Part shown: piece after piece, positions 41,964-55,539 of the stretch | Layout of the letters: each line of letters opens with the position of its first letter | Position numbering within the stretch: position 1 is the stretch's first letter | NCBI RefSeq assembly: GCF_964355755.1 | Contig: NC_092670.1 | Location: 12,448,795-12,512,794 of the forward strand | Length of the DNA: 64,000 nucleotides | Source: Antedon mediterranea | Taxonomy: Eukaryota > Animalia > Echinodermata | Direction of reading: 5' to 3' | The notes under the pieces: generated by a model | Told to the model about the DNA's origin: nothing | Databases searched by the model: none | What the model saw: only the letters and a program-made list of their open reading frames with translations | Program-made: the position numbers and the translations under genes

Positions 41964-42076
41964 TGTCTTCACGATGAGTATCATCATCATTCAGGCGTAT
42001 TGTCTTCACGATGAGTATCATCATCATTCAGGCGTATTGTCTTCACGATGAGTATCATCATCATTCAGGCGTATTG
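41964..42076. repeat. 37-bp tandem repeat, three copies
   Basis: tgtcttcacgatgagtatcatcatcattcaggcgtat x3, next to gcctgactttatt, the reverse of the LINE tail near 43485. Confidence 0.8.
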
Positions 42077-43056
42077 CCTGACTTTATTAACTGTAGGCGT
42101 AGAAGTGTTTGATAGATTGTACTGTAAATTAATTTGTACAATTAAGCAATTGTGATCACAAAACATACATTTAGGAAAGGGATAAACAAAACTTGCTCTG
42201 TTTCCGTTAACATTTTTTTTCTTCAAATGTAAGTGTTAAATATGCCATTTTGATGTTCCATAATAGTTATTCCCTTTGACCAAAAATTAGATAGAAAAAA
42301 AAAGTTACCTGAAAACTATATATTTGCAAATATATATGTATTTGTATTTTAATACAGGTGTTAGACAGCGACTTCAAAAGACGTGAGTATTCCCAAATAA
42401 CTCTTCCAAATGTTAGGTATTTTTGTAATAGAAATATTGTTCATTACAAAAAGACGTCAGGCAATAATACATGTTTGTGGTTAAGTTTAATATGCTCTTA
42501 ATATCATTTTTCTAAAGTGTATTCAATTCAATTTCTTTTATTTAGGAAATATTTCATCCATATGAAAAAACCTATTATTTACAAAATTATTATTATTATT
42601 ATGCCTATCGACTTCCTCATCACTGCGCATTTTTCCACCACATCACATTAAGGCAATTAATATAGGCCTATTCGCTATATTTAACGTATAGTCACTAACT
42701 TGGTTCCCACTCTAGGCCGTAATGCAAGTGAGTTGACCAATTGCAAGCGACAGTTCGAACAATCCTTCGCTTCCAAACACGCAATCTTTTATATATTTAA
42801 TTGATCTTGTTGAGCTTATCATTACTTGGCAAAAATAGGATTTTGCCAAGTATGTACTTGCTTTGTTTGTTTGTTTGTTAGCACGATAGCGCCTACAATT
42901 GTCAAGTTATCTTTATGAATTTTTATTCAGTATAAGGTATATATTAACAAACCATGCCTATTTCTGTACAAGAGTTATAATTTGTGATTTGAAATTTTAA
43001 AACAACATTATTTAGTTTTAACTTTTTTTTTTCAACGATTAGTCTTTTCATATTCA

Positions 43057-43517
43057 TTCATAGATATAAGCGAGCTTTAAGTCAACTAAGACTGGGCACA
43101 CTTCAACTAGAGGTAGAAAAGGGAAGATGGAAAAGAATAGAGCGCAGCAATAGGTTATGTAAAATATGTAAAATAAATGAAGTTGAAGATGAATATCATT
43201 TTGTTACAGTTTGCTCTCGTTACAAGGAAATCAGAAAAAAATGTATACCTTCTTTATTTTTTGAAAATCCAAATACTTTTAAATTCTGCCGTTTAATGTC
43301 ATCACAGGATCCAATAATTATTGATAATCTATCTAAATATATTTATCATGCTTATAAGTTAAGATATATGCTTTGCTTAGAGAACGAAATTAATTAATTC
43401 ATTTATCTTGTGACCATAAATTGCTTTATTTTTCAATGTAATTATTATTTTGTTAATTATTAGGGGCCAGAGGCCTAAAGTAAATAAAGTCAGGCGATAA
43501 GCCTGAATGAATGAATG
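43057..43517 (+). mobile_element. 3' end of a LINE with (TGAA)n tail
   Basis: ALSQLRLGTLQLEVEKGRW...RLCKICKINEVEDEYHFVTVC zinc-knuckle-like C-terminus; ATATTCA on both flanks; absent from the copy 4 intron near 38682. Confidence 0.75.
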
Positions 43518-43744
43518 ATATTCACCCACTCGTCTGTGGTCTTTTGACGGGATCGTCATTGTACTATAGGGAACATTTATTCTTCACATTTCAGAAAAAA
43601 AATGATATATTATTCACGTGGTCAATAGGATCTTGTGTACAGTATTTTATTTTTTTCAGATGGCATAGTGTTTGATTCGACTACATAGTAACATACGAGG
43701 AAGCTTCTGTCCTTTGTGAAGATAAGCTAGGTTCACTGGCACCG

Positions 43745-46700
43745 TAGACCGGGCGCCCGGAAGATTTATTCATGTGAAAAGATACAAAAGGTTTGATGAT
43801 GTAGTTAGGTGCGTATTAGGGTGAGATGCAATATTCGACATTGCTGCCGGGTCACAGCCTGTACATAGGGCCTGTGGGGATCATAACATAGGGGGGTAAA
43901 AATGCATTTATTCATGTGAAGCGATACAAGGATAAACTTTTTTGGATATCATTCGCAGTGGGCTACTAATGATAACATCACCAATGACAGCAACTTTATC
44001 CTGTACGGGGCGCCAAACAGCAACATTTTAGGGCCACGCCCAAATGGGTTTATTCATGTGAAGCGATACAAGGTTGAATCTTTTTGTAATGGCAGCAGTA
44101 CATATTGGGGATGACAAAAACACCAATGACAGCAACTTTATCCTGTACATAAGCTCAGACAGCAGCCCTAAAGGTCCGCAGTTTCCCCCTATTCGGCTAT
44201 ATACTCGGCGCGTATGTCGTCTTATGGCGGCTTTCAGCTGAGTTAGAAATACGTGATACGGACTCGGACTGACAATAAATACACAGTAGAATGATAAAAC
44301 AATAAATAAAGAGAGCAGTTGTTTGCTGTACCAAATCATCAAACATCAAACTCTTAGGAACTCGCCCAAAATGGGTTTATCCATGAAGTATGAATCATTT
44401 TTTTTTTTTTATGTTGTTTTTTTCACGTTATCCGGTACACAGCAGCTCAAATGCCCGAGGCTCCATTGGTGATCAACAATGTCGATAATACAAACACATT
44501 CACGATAACGAGTGACTTTTATTTTATAATTGAAATATATCTTTATCTTTGAATAATAAATAACACCAACAAAAACACTTAAAATAACCAACAGCAGATT
44601 TGTATTTTAGGGTAACATTTTGAACAATCAATTTTATATCAAAATCATTATTTCGATCAAAATAATATAATTTAAGAATATTTTTCAGATAAACTAAATA
44701 ATTACACTCATAATGATCGACACCGGTACCTATTATTGTACATTATTATTATAACTCGATTTAAATATTGTTTTAATTACACACTAGACACTATAGTGAT
44801 ATGTCTATATGACAGAAGGCAGCGAAATTTAAATTTGCAACATTTTTTAACATAACATAACATAATAGTAAAGTAAATAATAGTTCGAATTCAACATAAT
44901 CACTTAGAGAATTGGTAAGGTATAGATTAGACTATCGATTGCACACTATTACTGTATTTTTAACTCAATTTAAATTTAAAAAAGTAACCGTTTTCATGTG
45001 AATTAGACTGATAAAAACCAACAAAAAACTTAATCTGCCAACATTTTAAACATCGTTGCTTGTCCATAATGGATCGACTACTGTATCGTTACTTATCCAC
45101 AATGGATCAACTACTGTATTGATTATTGGACAGTATTTTACAACTAACATAAGAAAGTGATATCTGATAAAACGCAACAAACTGAATCGAATTAAATATC
45201 GTTACTTATCATAATGGATCGACTACTGTATTGATTACTGCACATTATTTTACTATAACTGCCCAAGTCAAATTTAAAATTGTTACTGTACTAACATTAG
45301 ACAGTGATATCTGCAACATACTCAGGACCAAATTAAATATCGTTACTTATCCATAATGGATCGACTACTGTATCAATTATTGCACATTATTTTACTATAA
45401 CTGCCCAAGTCAAATTTAAAATTGTTACACTAATAACACTGGACCAAATTAAATATCGTTACTTATCTCTAACTGAACCCAGGTCGAATATTTTACATTC
45501 ATTCAGTGTAACTACCAACACACTGTAAAAGCACAATTGAGCAAAGACATCGAGGTTACTGGCTGTATGCATTAAATTACTAAATATTGTACATTCCTCA
45601 TATTCCATTACTAGCTGAACAGAATACACGATATAATAAAACCAATAGGGGCTATTGGATTTCTTTTTACATGATTTGTGACAGCGTCATTTATAAATTT
45701 GATTATATCACACTGTAATGATACTGGATTTTACCGCAAAGGCAAGTCAATCCCATTTACATATTATTTAGTGAAAGACAAGAAACATATTGCTGCATTG
45801 CGATCGCTTTGTGGTGACAGGATGGACAAACCCGCAGTCACTGCCTATGTATGCAAGATATATGGGTTTAAAGGCATGAACAGTATTAATGAGGCCAGGT
45901 ACCAATCGCTTCGCAAAATGACAACTGGAAAGAAGAAATTCAAGAAGATCAACTGTTCGTCATTGCCACCATGTGAAATCACAATCACCCAGAATCTGTT
46001 GAGGGCAAATTATGTATATCTATTATGTGGAGACACGCTCATACTCCTCAGCCAACACAAAACCTACACCCATTAAACTATGATGGGTTGATAATGGTGA
46101 TGGAAGGTATGTACCTAAATGGTTTGAAGGAAATGCTCTACCAGATACGTTGACTAGTGATCCACACTCGGAACAAAGTGCTGAATCAAACACAGTTCTT
46201 GACGATACTTATGCAGGAATATTGGAACAAAGTTATGATGAAGAACTTGAAATAATAGATTTTGAAGCTGAAATCGATGATGACCAACCTTGGAGTGATG
46301 ACAGTGAAAGTGACTGTGATGATGACGAATAGATAAACTCAAAAGATTATGCATTACGGCTGATTTAATAGTTTTTAATCGTTTACATAAAACATTTGAG
46401 AGTTTTGAAGTAAATATTGTATAATACATCAAATGTAAATACTGAACTATTTGATCCATAGATAGTTGGCAAGAAGAATCCAGTATCATTACAGTGTGAT
46501 ATAATCAAATTTATAAATGACGCTGTCACAAATCATGTAAAAAGAAATCCAATAGCCCCTATTGGTTTTATTATATCGTGTATTCTGTTTAGCTAGTAAC
46601 AATGGAATATGATGAATGTACAATATTCAGTTATTTAATACAGCCAGTAACCTCGATGTCTTTGCTCAATTGTGCTTTTACAGTGTGTTGGTAGTTACAT

Positions 46701-48820
46701 ACACTGCATGTACAATATTCGACCTGGGTTCAGTGCAATAATCAATACAGTAGTCGATCCATTGTGGATAAGTAATGATATTTAATTTTGTCCAGTATTA
46801 TTAATGTTGCCTTTTATCAGATATCACTGTATAATGTTAGTACAGTAACAATTTTAAGTTTGACTTAGGCAGTTATAGTAAAATAATGTGCAATAATCGA
46901 TACAGTAGTCGATCCATTATGGATAAGTAACGATATTTAATTTGGTCCTGAGTATGTTGCATTTTATCAGATATCACTGTCTAATGTTAGTACAGTAACA
47001 ATTTTATATTTGATTAGGGCAGTTATAGTAAAATAATGTGCAGTAATCAATACAGTAGTCGATCCATTATGGATAAGTAACGATATTTAATTTGGTCCTG
47101 AGTATGTTGCATTTTATCAGATATCACTGTCTAATGTTAGTACAGTAACAATTTTATATTTGATTAGGGCAGTTATAGTAAAATAATGTGCAGTAATCAA
47201 TACAGTAGTCGATCCATTATGGATAAGTAACGATATTTAATTCGATTCAGTTTGTTGCGTTTTATCAGATATCACTTTCTTATGTTAGTTAGTAAATAAT
47301 GTGCAATAATCAATACAGTAGTCGATCCATTGTGGATAAGTAACGATATTTAATTTGGTTCAGTATTATTAATATTAATCAATGTTGCCTTTTATCAGAT
47401 ATCACTGTCTAATGTTAGTACAGTAACAATTAAAAATTTGACTTTGTTTCAGTTAAAGTAAAACAATGTGCAGTAATCGATACAGTAGTCGATCCATTAT
47501 GGACAAGTAACGATGTTTAAAATGTTGGCAGATTAAGTTATTTGTTGGTTTTTATCAGTCTAATTCACATGAAAACGGTTACTTTTTTTTATTTAAATTG
47601 AGTTAAAAATACATTAATAGTGTGCAATCGATAGTCTAATCTATACCTTACCAATTTTCTAAGTGATTATGTTGAATTCGAACTATTATTTACTTTACTA
47701 TTATGTTATGTTATGTTAAAAAATGTTGCAAATTTAGATTTCGTTGCCTTTTTTCATATAGACATATCACTAGTGTCTAGTGTGTAATTAAAACAATATT
47801 TAAATCGAGTTATAATAATAATGTACAATAATCAGTACCGGTGTCGATCTTTATGAGTGTAATTATTTAGTTTATCTGAAAAATATTCTTAAATTATATT
47901 ATTTTGATCGAAATAATGATTTTGATATAATATTGATTGTTCAAAATGTTACCCTAAAATACAAATCTGCTGTTGGTTAGTTTAAGTGTTTTTGTTGGTG
48001 TTATTTATTATTCCAAAATAAAGATATATTTCAATTATAAAATAAAAGTCACACGTTATCGTGAATGTGTTTGTATTATCAACATTGTTAATCACGAATG
48101 GAGCCTCGGGCATTTGAGCTGCTGTACGTGTACCGGATAAAGTGAAAAAAAACACATTTTTTTCAAAAATGATTACACACTTCATGGATAAACCCATTTT
48201 GGGCCAGTTCCTAAGAGTTTGATGTTTGATGATTTGGTACAGGAAACAACTGCTCTTTTTATTTATTGTTTTAGCATTCTACTGTGTATTTATTGTCAGT
48301 CCGAGTCCGTATCACGTATTTTTAACTCAGCTGAACGCCATTAGACGACATACGCACCGAGTATATAGCCGAATAGGGGGAAACTGCGGACCTTTAGGGC
48401 TGCTGTCTGAGCTTATGTACAGGATAAAGTTGCTGTCATTGGTGTTTTTGACATCCCCAATATATACTGCTGTCATTAAAAAAAGATCCAACCTTGTATC
48501 GCTTCACATGAATAAATCCATTTGGGCGTGGCCCTAAAATGTTGCTGTTTGGCGCCCCGTACAGGATAAAGTTGCTGTCATTGGTGATGTTATCATTAGT
48601 AGCCCACTGCGAATGATATCCAAAAAAGTTTATCCTTGTATCGCTTCACATAAATAAATTAATTTTTACCCCCCTATGTTATGATCCCCACAGGCCCTAT
48701 GTACAGGCTGTGACCCGGCAGCAATGTCGAATATTGCATCTCGCCCTAATACGCACCTAACTACATCATCAAACCTTTTGTATCTTTTCACATGAATAAA
48801 TCTTCCGGGCGCCCGGTCTA
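43745..48820 (+). mobile_element. Internally deleted Academ-like DNA transposon with ~2-kb inverted arms
   Basis: Ends TAGACCGGGCGCCCGGAAGA...TCTTCCGGGCGCCCGGTCTA; arms about 43745-45730 and 46477-48820; core encodes FYRKGK...INEARY...LPPC...RANY, resembling the XPG-like C-terminal part of Academ proteins. No clean target duplication. Confidence 0.7.
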
Positions 48821-49260
48821 GTACGAGCAACTTTATTTCGCGGATGGTACACAGTGTGCTAAAGGGTGGCTTATCAGCAGAGAGATTGCCTTTACAGAAA
48901 TCTCTGTCGCATGCACAATAAAACCATTGAACGTTGAACGAAGCAATGTGTTCGTTTGTGGACAGTATCGCTTCGGGTTTTATTGTTTTAGAGAAAAAAA
49001 CATAGTTTCGAGTACACCTACCGCCGATTACATTCCAAAATCTCAACGAGTAATTAGAATAAGTGAGTCATTGACAACTAAGCTGTATCCTGAAGAGGCA
49101 GATCAATGCTGTAGAGATGATTATTCTGGTAGAATGTCTACGTCATTCGAGACCTACAATGCCACATACTCAATGAATATTAATTTTTGTGGTCAAGGTT
49201 GCTATTCTGGCAGACTTTGTGGTGATATTTGTAAAACAGATAATTCACCATCGAAATACT

Positions 49261-50361
49261 GGGGTGTCACGAAACCTAAGACCACGAAAGCTAAGACCCC
49301 CTAAGACCTAAGATCACGAAAGCTAAGACCCAAGACCTAAGATTACAAATTCTAAGATATACTACAGCTTAAAAACAATACTTGTTTATCCATACATAAT
49401 TTTAAACACAGTAGGTTTCATTTATTACCATAAATATAATTTAATACTACCGCAAAACATAGATAAACTCACATTATTTTCGCCCGTTGAGTAAATGTAT
49501 ATTTTTTCTTTACAACAAACAAACTTGATGGGTTGTTTGTTGGTATATATTTAGTCCATTGTGTTGGTTCAGAGGATGTTTTTCTTACGCACCTGCCTTT
49601 CTTGTATTTTGACTCCAAATTTGTTGACTAACTTTATCCTGAATACCACACTTTAAAATTAGGACTTATAAGTACTTTCAGAAGGAGAAACACATAATAA
49701 CAAATAAATAAATCCTTTAAATTAATGATTTTACAGACGCGTTTCTTTGTATACTGTAATGTAACTCCTCGAGCTCCCCATGCTCAATGTTTTTGTTTCT
49801 ATGGAGCGCCAAAAGAGCAACAATAATAGTACAAGTATAAAAACAGAAAGAAAACGAAACAAAAAAACTTATCATGATTTTTAAATTAAAATTTATTTGC
49901 CAGTATTTATTTCTTCGTACTTGCATGATTATACTATTATCATTACAATTTTAATTTTACATTGTTCCATCCACACTGTAGATGGACTCCACAGAGTTTT
50001 CAGCCCTCTATATAATTTTTGCTCTTTTGACGTTCCATAGAAACAAAAACATTGAACATGGGGGGGGGGGGGGGTAGGCCTACAACTTAACTATACTGTA
50101 GGCTAGTCATTTTGTGTGCGAGAAAAACGTCTGTAAAATCATCAATTTAAAAATGTATTTGTTACTTTTTATGTGATTCTTTTTCATGAAAAAAATTCTA
50201 AGGTGTGGTATTCAGAATAAATGTTGGGAATTAAAATACAAGGCAGGTGCGAAAGATAAATATTTGTAATCTTTTTAGGCCTTTTGGGTTGGGTCTTAGC
50301 TTTCGTGATCTTAGGTCTTAGGGGGTCTTAGCTTTCGTGGTCTTAGGTTTCGTGACACCCC
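49261..50361. mobile_element. 1.1-kb non-autonomous TIR element (Mutator-like or Merlin-like)
   Basis: Ends GGGGTGTCACGAAACCTAAGA...TCTTAGGTTTCGTGACACCCC with CTAAGA subrepeats; duplication GAAATACT (8 bp), or CGAAATACTG (10 bp) if the ends are GGG/CCC. Confidence 0.8.
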
Positions 50362-50953
50362 GAAATACTGGGATCCTGAAACGTTAAGTTTGATATTTTT
50401 AAGTGAATCATATTATAAAACGTTCAGTTTTTGTTATATCCCTTTACATGGAGAAGATCTCATTTCTGCACCTGATTCATACCCGCCTCATCGTGTCGTA
50501 CTCGCATATGGAACGGCGGGTGCATGGAGTTACACCTACGATGACGCTATAGCCAAGTGCGCGCAGACTATGGCGGTACACTCGCAACTCGCGCTGAAGT
50601 TCAGTACGCATATAACATGGGTTTAGAGTGTATACGTGTAGGTTGGATTAAAGAAGGGGATAGGGTGTTTGTGTTACAAAGATCAAGGTCTTGGGAAAAC
50701 AGAACCGGAGTCATCAATTTTGTTGATCCGCGTACCGAATCATCTGCTTATTGCTATATACCATAAGAGGCACACACTTAGCTTTAATGAAAGCACTTTT
50801 ATGATATTCTCGCCACCCATTGTGTTATGTTATTTACTATGGCACGTTTTGTTATCCGCTTGTGAAGATGTTTTCATGTCAAAAAACTGTTACTGTATAA
50901 TTATTACGGTAACTCTCTAACATGCATTAACTATAAGTCTTCATAATAACCAT

Positions 50954-51906
50954 TAGTCTGGGTTCCAGACGGAGTTTTGTCTTAATATTAGTTAAAAGAT
51001 AAATAATTTGGCACATATGGCGTTTCATACGTATACTACTTGATTTTGGATACTCCGTCTGGGGAAACACGCACAAGTCACGTGGTTTGACACCAAGAAT
51101 TCTTGGTGCATACGATTATCCGGTTGACTAGTTTCAGCTGCATGCGATTGGCTACTCTCTCGTACACCGTTTAAATATTCATATTTAAGAATTTCAAAGA
51201 CTCAACAACTAAGATGATGCGCATGCGCTATGTTACGTTTAGACAATGTGTACTTGGGTACATTTATGAAAGTTCTGAAGGCTAGAAATTATTTTATATG
51301 CCTAGTAGTCTGGTAAACATTTGATGGGATCTTTGAAACATGAAAACTCGTCTTGATATATGATAGGCTAGCTTCTCCGCAAATCAAACATTGAATGGAT
51401 CATTTATTACGCGGAGATAATTTTGATTTAATTCCCACCCAGACCCTGTCCTGTTCTGTGTGGTGGTGTAGCCCTGTTGTGTGCCGGTGGTATGTAGGCC
51501 TACTTCATTGGCGTTTTATTTGGCAGGTCATACGTGCGAGTTGAGTAGGACCTACGAAAGAGGCCTAGGCCAAGGACTAAACAATTAATAATCAAAACAA
51601 CTTGGCATTACTATTTTATATTTCAACAGTCTCGATCGTACATTAAGCACTGGTAGGCCTACGTACCTGATCTCTTTCATTTTGAAACAAAATGATCATT
51701 GTTGATTCGAAATCCATATTTACATACCGCCCGCCCCATATAGCCAAATACGGTATGATAACCTACGTCATTCTTATCGTATGTTTGCGGTCTGCAAATC
51801 GATTTCTATACGTGTTTCACAAGTCTGTATTTTCAGACAAAAATCGCGGTCGAAATAAAAACAAATAAAAAAAAAAAAAAGATAATACAGACTTGGGGCA
51901 AGTCTA
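50954..51906 (-). mobile_element. ~950-bp TAG...CTA element, copy A (AcademH-like, non-autonomous)
   Basis: Near-identical reverse complement of 52182-53138; ACCAT on both flanks; empty site near 40120 in the copy 4 flank. Confidence 0.7.
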
Positions 51907-52181
51907 ACCATAGGTGCAGTCAGTCATATCACATGACTTCCCCTGCAATTGATCGGTGCGTTGATTGTGACTTTATGTTTTGAGACGTTTGTTCACATAA
52001 CAGTTATTTTCTAAAAAGTTTATATTATACTTTATGTATATATTATTATTATTCATATGTAATTTTAGTGAAATGCACGTGTACATCAATTATTGTACTA
52101 ATAACTTGAAACTATTGTGGCCCATGTTCACGATAATGTTATCATTTTGCTCTTCAAAATGTCAATATTCATGGCAGTACA

Positions 52182-53138
52182 TAGACTTGCCCCAAGTCTG
52201 TATTATCTTTTTTTTTTATTTATTTGTTTTTATTTCGACCGCGATTTTTGTCTGAAAATACAGACTAGTGAAACACGTATAGAAATCGATTTTCAGACCG
52301 CAAACATACGATAAGAATGACGTAGGTTATCATACCGTATTTGGCTATATGGGGCGGGCGGTATGTAAATATGGATTTCGAATCAACCAATGATCATTAA
52401 TTTGTTTCAAAATGAAAGAGATCGAGTACGTAGGCCTACCAGTGCTTAATGTACGATCGAGACTGTTGAAATATAAAATAGTAATGCCAAGTTGTTTTGT
52501 TTATTAATTGTTTAGTCCTTGGCCTAGGCCTCTTTCATAGGTCCTACTCAACTCGCACGTATGACCTGCCAAATAAAACGCCAATGAAGTAGGCCTACAT
52601 ACCACCGGCACACAACAGGGCTACACCACCACACAGAACAGGACAGGGTCTGGGTGGGAATTAAATCAAAATTATCTCCGCGTAATAAATGATCCATTCA
52701 ATGTTTGGTTTGCGGAGAAGCTAGCCTATCATATATCAAGACGAGTTTTCATGTTTCAAAGATCCCATGAAATGTTTACCAGACTACTAGGCATATGAAA
52801 TAATTTCTAGCCTTCAGAACTTTCATAAATGTACCCAAGTACACATTTTCTAAACGTAACATAGCGCATGCGCATCATCTTAGTTGTTGAGTCTTTGAAA
52901 TTCTGAAATATGAATATTTAAACGGTGTACGAGAGAGCAGCCAATCGCATGCAGCTGAAACTAGTCAACCGGATAATCGTATGCACCAAGAATTCTTGGT
53001 GTCAAACCACGTGACTTGTGCGTGTTTCCCCAGACGGAGTATCCAAAATCAAGTAGTATACGTATGAAACGCCATATGTGCCAAAATATTTATCTTTTAA
53101 CTAATATTAAGACAAAACTCCGTCTGGAACCCAGACTA
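52182..53138 (+). mobile_element. ~950-bp TAG...CTA element, copy B (AcademH-like, non-autonomous)
   Basis: Ends TAGACTTGCCCCAAGTCT...GTCTGGAACCCAGACTA; 9-bp duplication GGCAGTACA; empty site ggcggtacactgc near 1628. Confidence 0.75.
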
Positions 53139-54294
53139 GGCAGTACACTGCAATCAAAATTATACCACACAACATGACATTATGGTTCGCGGTGCAAGAT
53201 GACCGTGAACAATTAACAAAGGAACCTTATAAACATTCAAGTACAAAATGTGAAGCCGTTTTTTTTCTCCTTTCCATTTCTCGCTTCCTTCATCCTCCCT
53301 CTTATTTTTTTCTTTTTCTCTTCTTTTTTCTTTATACTCTAGTAGCTTCATCAACTTTCGTATGCACTTTGAGGTCCAGAGAATTTGACTTCAGAAATTG
53401 GTTTAGGGTGGTCAAACAATCATTTTTGGCTTGGTTACACATTTTGAAAATGTGGCGAAAGGTCAAAAGGTCCGGGTGAAAGGTCATAAGACCAAACACC
53501 AATATGTCCTTAAATCTGAACAACCACTGGTCACAGCGAAGTAATTTTGGTCTCAAATTGATCAGAAGGTATACATTTATATTCAGTCTAATGGGACAAA
53601 TGAAAATATACAAAATATTATTCAAACAATATCATTCATAAAATACCGTATTATATACAAATTTAGCATAGATATATAGGCTATACATCCAAAAACCAAA
53701 ATAAAATGGGACACACAAATTAGATGGATTTATTAAACATAAAATGTATTAATCGATATTTGTATAAAGAAATGAAAGTATAAAATATGTAGATGAAAAA
53801 GACAAAAACGACCATTTTAATAAGAAAACATATTGGAAATTTAGTACTATTAGAAATTATGTAGGAAAAGGGTAAAACAAAAAACAATGGAAATGTAATA
53901 ATATGTAAGAAATGAAAAAAATGTATGTAAGCAGAATATAAAAACAAACATTGTTAATTAGTATAGTGCAGAAATAAAAATAGGTTGAGAGAAAATGTTA
54001 ATGTAACGAGATGAGGAATATATTATGTATGGAAATAAAAGTGTGATGAACCCACAAAAAAAATAGTATTACTATTCACTTCTTTGAAAATAAGCTTTAA
54101 TAATGTTGAAAATGCGAGAAAACAAATTGTGAATGTTAGGGTGTTAGGATTACCCGTACCTCTAACGCCTTTAAATAACTGTCAATATTACTACAAGGTT
54201 TTTTTGTGCGTCATTCAAAATCGAACATTTAAAAGTGAATTAATCTCCTCAAAACTGCTACATCAAACAAAGTGATATAACTGCCTGCACGTGA

Positions 54295-54490
54295 TTGCCA
54301 ATGACGTAACGATCAGAGCATGACTTTCAAATCATCTGGCTATTTTATAAAACCGTTATGTTATTGGTCATTGCTAAAACTTCCAGGACGTCCACCCAAT
54401 ACACGCTATATAGATTATCAGCATACCCAATCACGTGACATATACAATGATGATATTTAAACTTCGACTGAAATACATGAACATCAGTCG
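54295..54490 (+). promoter_or_regulatory. Putative promoter of the small Cys-peptide gene
   Basis: Several CCAAT motifs, CRE-like TGACGTAA near 54302, CACGTG, TATA-like TATTTAAA at 54454-54461 and Inr-like TCAGTC at 54484-54489, 80 bp before the ATG. Confidence 0.45.
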
Positions 54491-54565
54491 TAGATACAAC
54501 ATAGCTAACACCGGACGCTGCAAAATATTAACACAAAATCGTAACATAACATTTACTTTCTTGAA

Positions 54566-54629
54566 ATGGAGGCTAAACATCTGATGTTGGTTGCAATTCT
54601 GGTTTTGGGGATGTCAACCTTAACTCCGG
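54566..54629 (+). CDS. Small secreted Cys-peptide precursor, exon 1 (signal peptide MEAKHLMLVAILVLGMSTLTP)
   Basis: gaaATGG start context, hydrophobic core, consensus phase-1 donor CCGG|GTAAGT. Confidence 0.7.
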
Positions 54630-55539
54630 GTAAGTTAAATATCAGTTTTTAATTTTGGTAATGGATACCGAATAAGTTATCTCAGAAAATCCTCATAACA
54701 ACTAAAACAATTATGTACGATAGGAGATACTGCTCCCTATTATTGATAACTCATGGTATTCTCTAAATTTACCTCTGCCAAGGAGGTATATGATTGTAAT
54801 CGATTGCGTGTGTCTGTCTGTTTGTTAGATTACTCAAAAAGTTATTGCAATATCTTTAGATTTGTGGTCAAGGGCCACTCTATTACATTTTGGAGGCCAT
54901 CCGGACCACAGTCCCAATTCTGGACCACTTTTTAGTATTATTTTCAGACCTGCTAGTGTTGAAAGATAAGATAGCACATAAACTTAAAAAAGCCGGCGAG
55001 CAGTCTTAAGTAACAAGTAAACTTGAAATGTATTTTCTCGAGAGGCAAGAGTTATAATTTGTGATTTGTAATATTTAAAAATAAGTTGATTTAATGTATA
55101 GGTTTTTTTTATACGAGTAGAAAAACAACCTGTTTCTGTATTCACCCGTTTGTTTTTTGCGTTCCTGTTCTATTGTTAGTCAACTGATTGTTAATTGAAA
55201 GGCTGGTTACATAACTGTTACACTAAAATCGCATACACATGCTTGTAGTGAACATTTTGAAACCAATAATGATAATCAATTGGAAAATGTGTGAAATCAA
55301 GAGGGTTGTAAAAATGTCGAATGATCTCAGATTTCAAAATTGTGGGTGTGTGGAAAAGATCTAGAAACTCGAAAATGGAGAAAACTCAGATCTTGCAATC
55401 CAAACGAGTAACTTTATTACTATTTGTCGTTTTTATACAATTTTCAATTGCAAAGCGAAACCGTTGATTACTACCCCCACAACAAATAATGAAATAATAA
55501 ATATATTATGTTAACATGAATTACTATCTTTTCTTGCAG

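Larger units (their letters stand above)
41235..50766 (+). pseudogene. PAN-Link array copy 5, pseudogene (exon 1 41235-41521, micro-exon 42358-42382, exon 3 in pieces 43660-43744, 48821-49260, 50362-50766)
   Basis: +2 T frameshift in the signal peptide, insertion creating TAGTAA near 43686, indels near 48835 and 48928, +2 frameshift near 50560, and two transposon insertions in exon 3. Confidence 0.85.

Noticed and set aside
44028-44342. Twin ~104-aa ORFs with hydrophobic N-termini (44028 minus, 48226 plus)
   Set aside because: Mirror images in the transposon's inverted arms, starting at TTG, with no recognisable domain; a small element-encoded product is not fully excluded.
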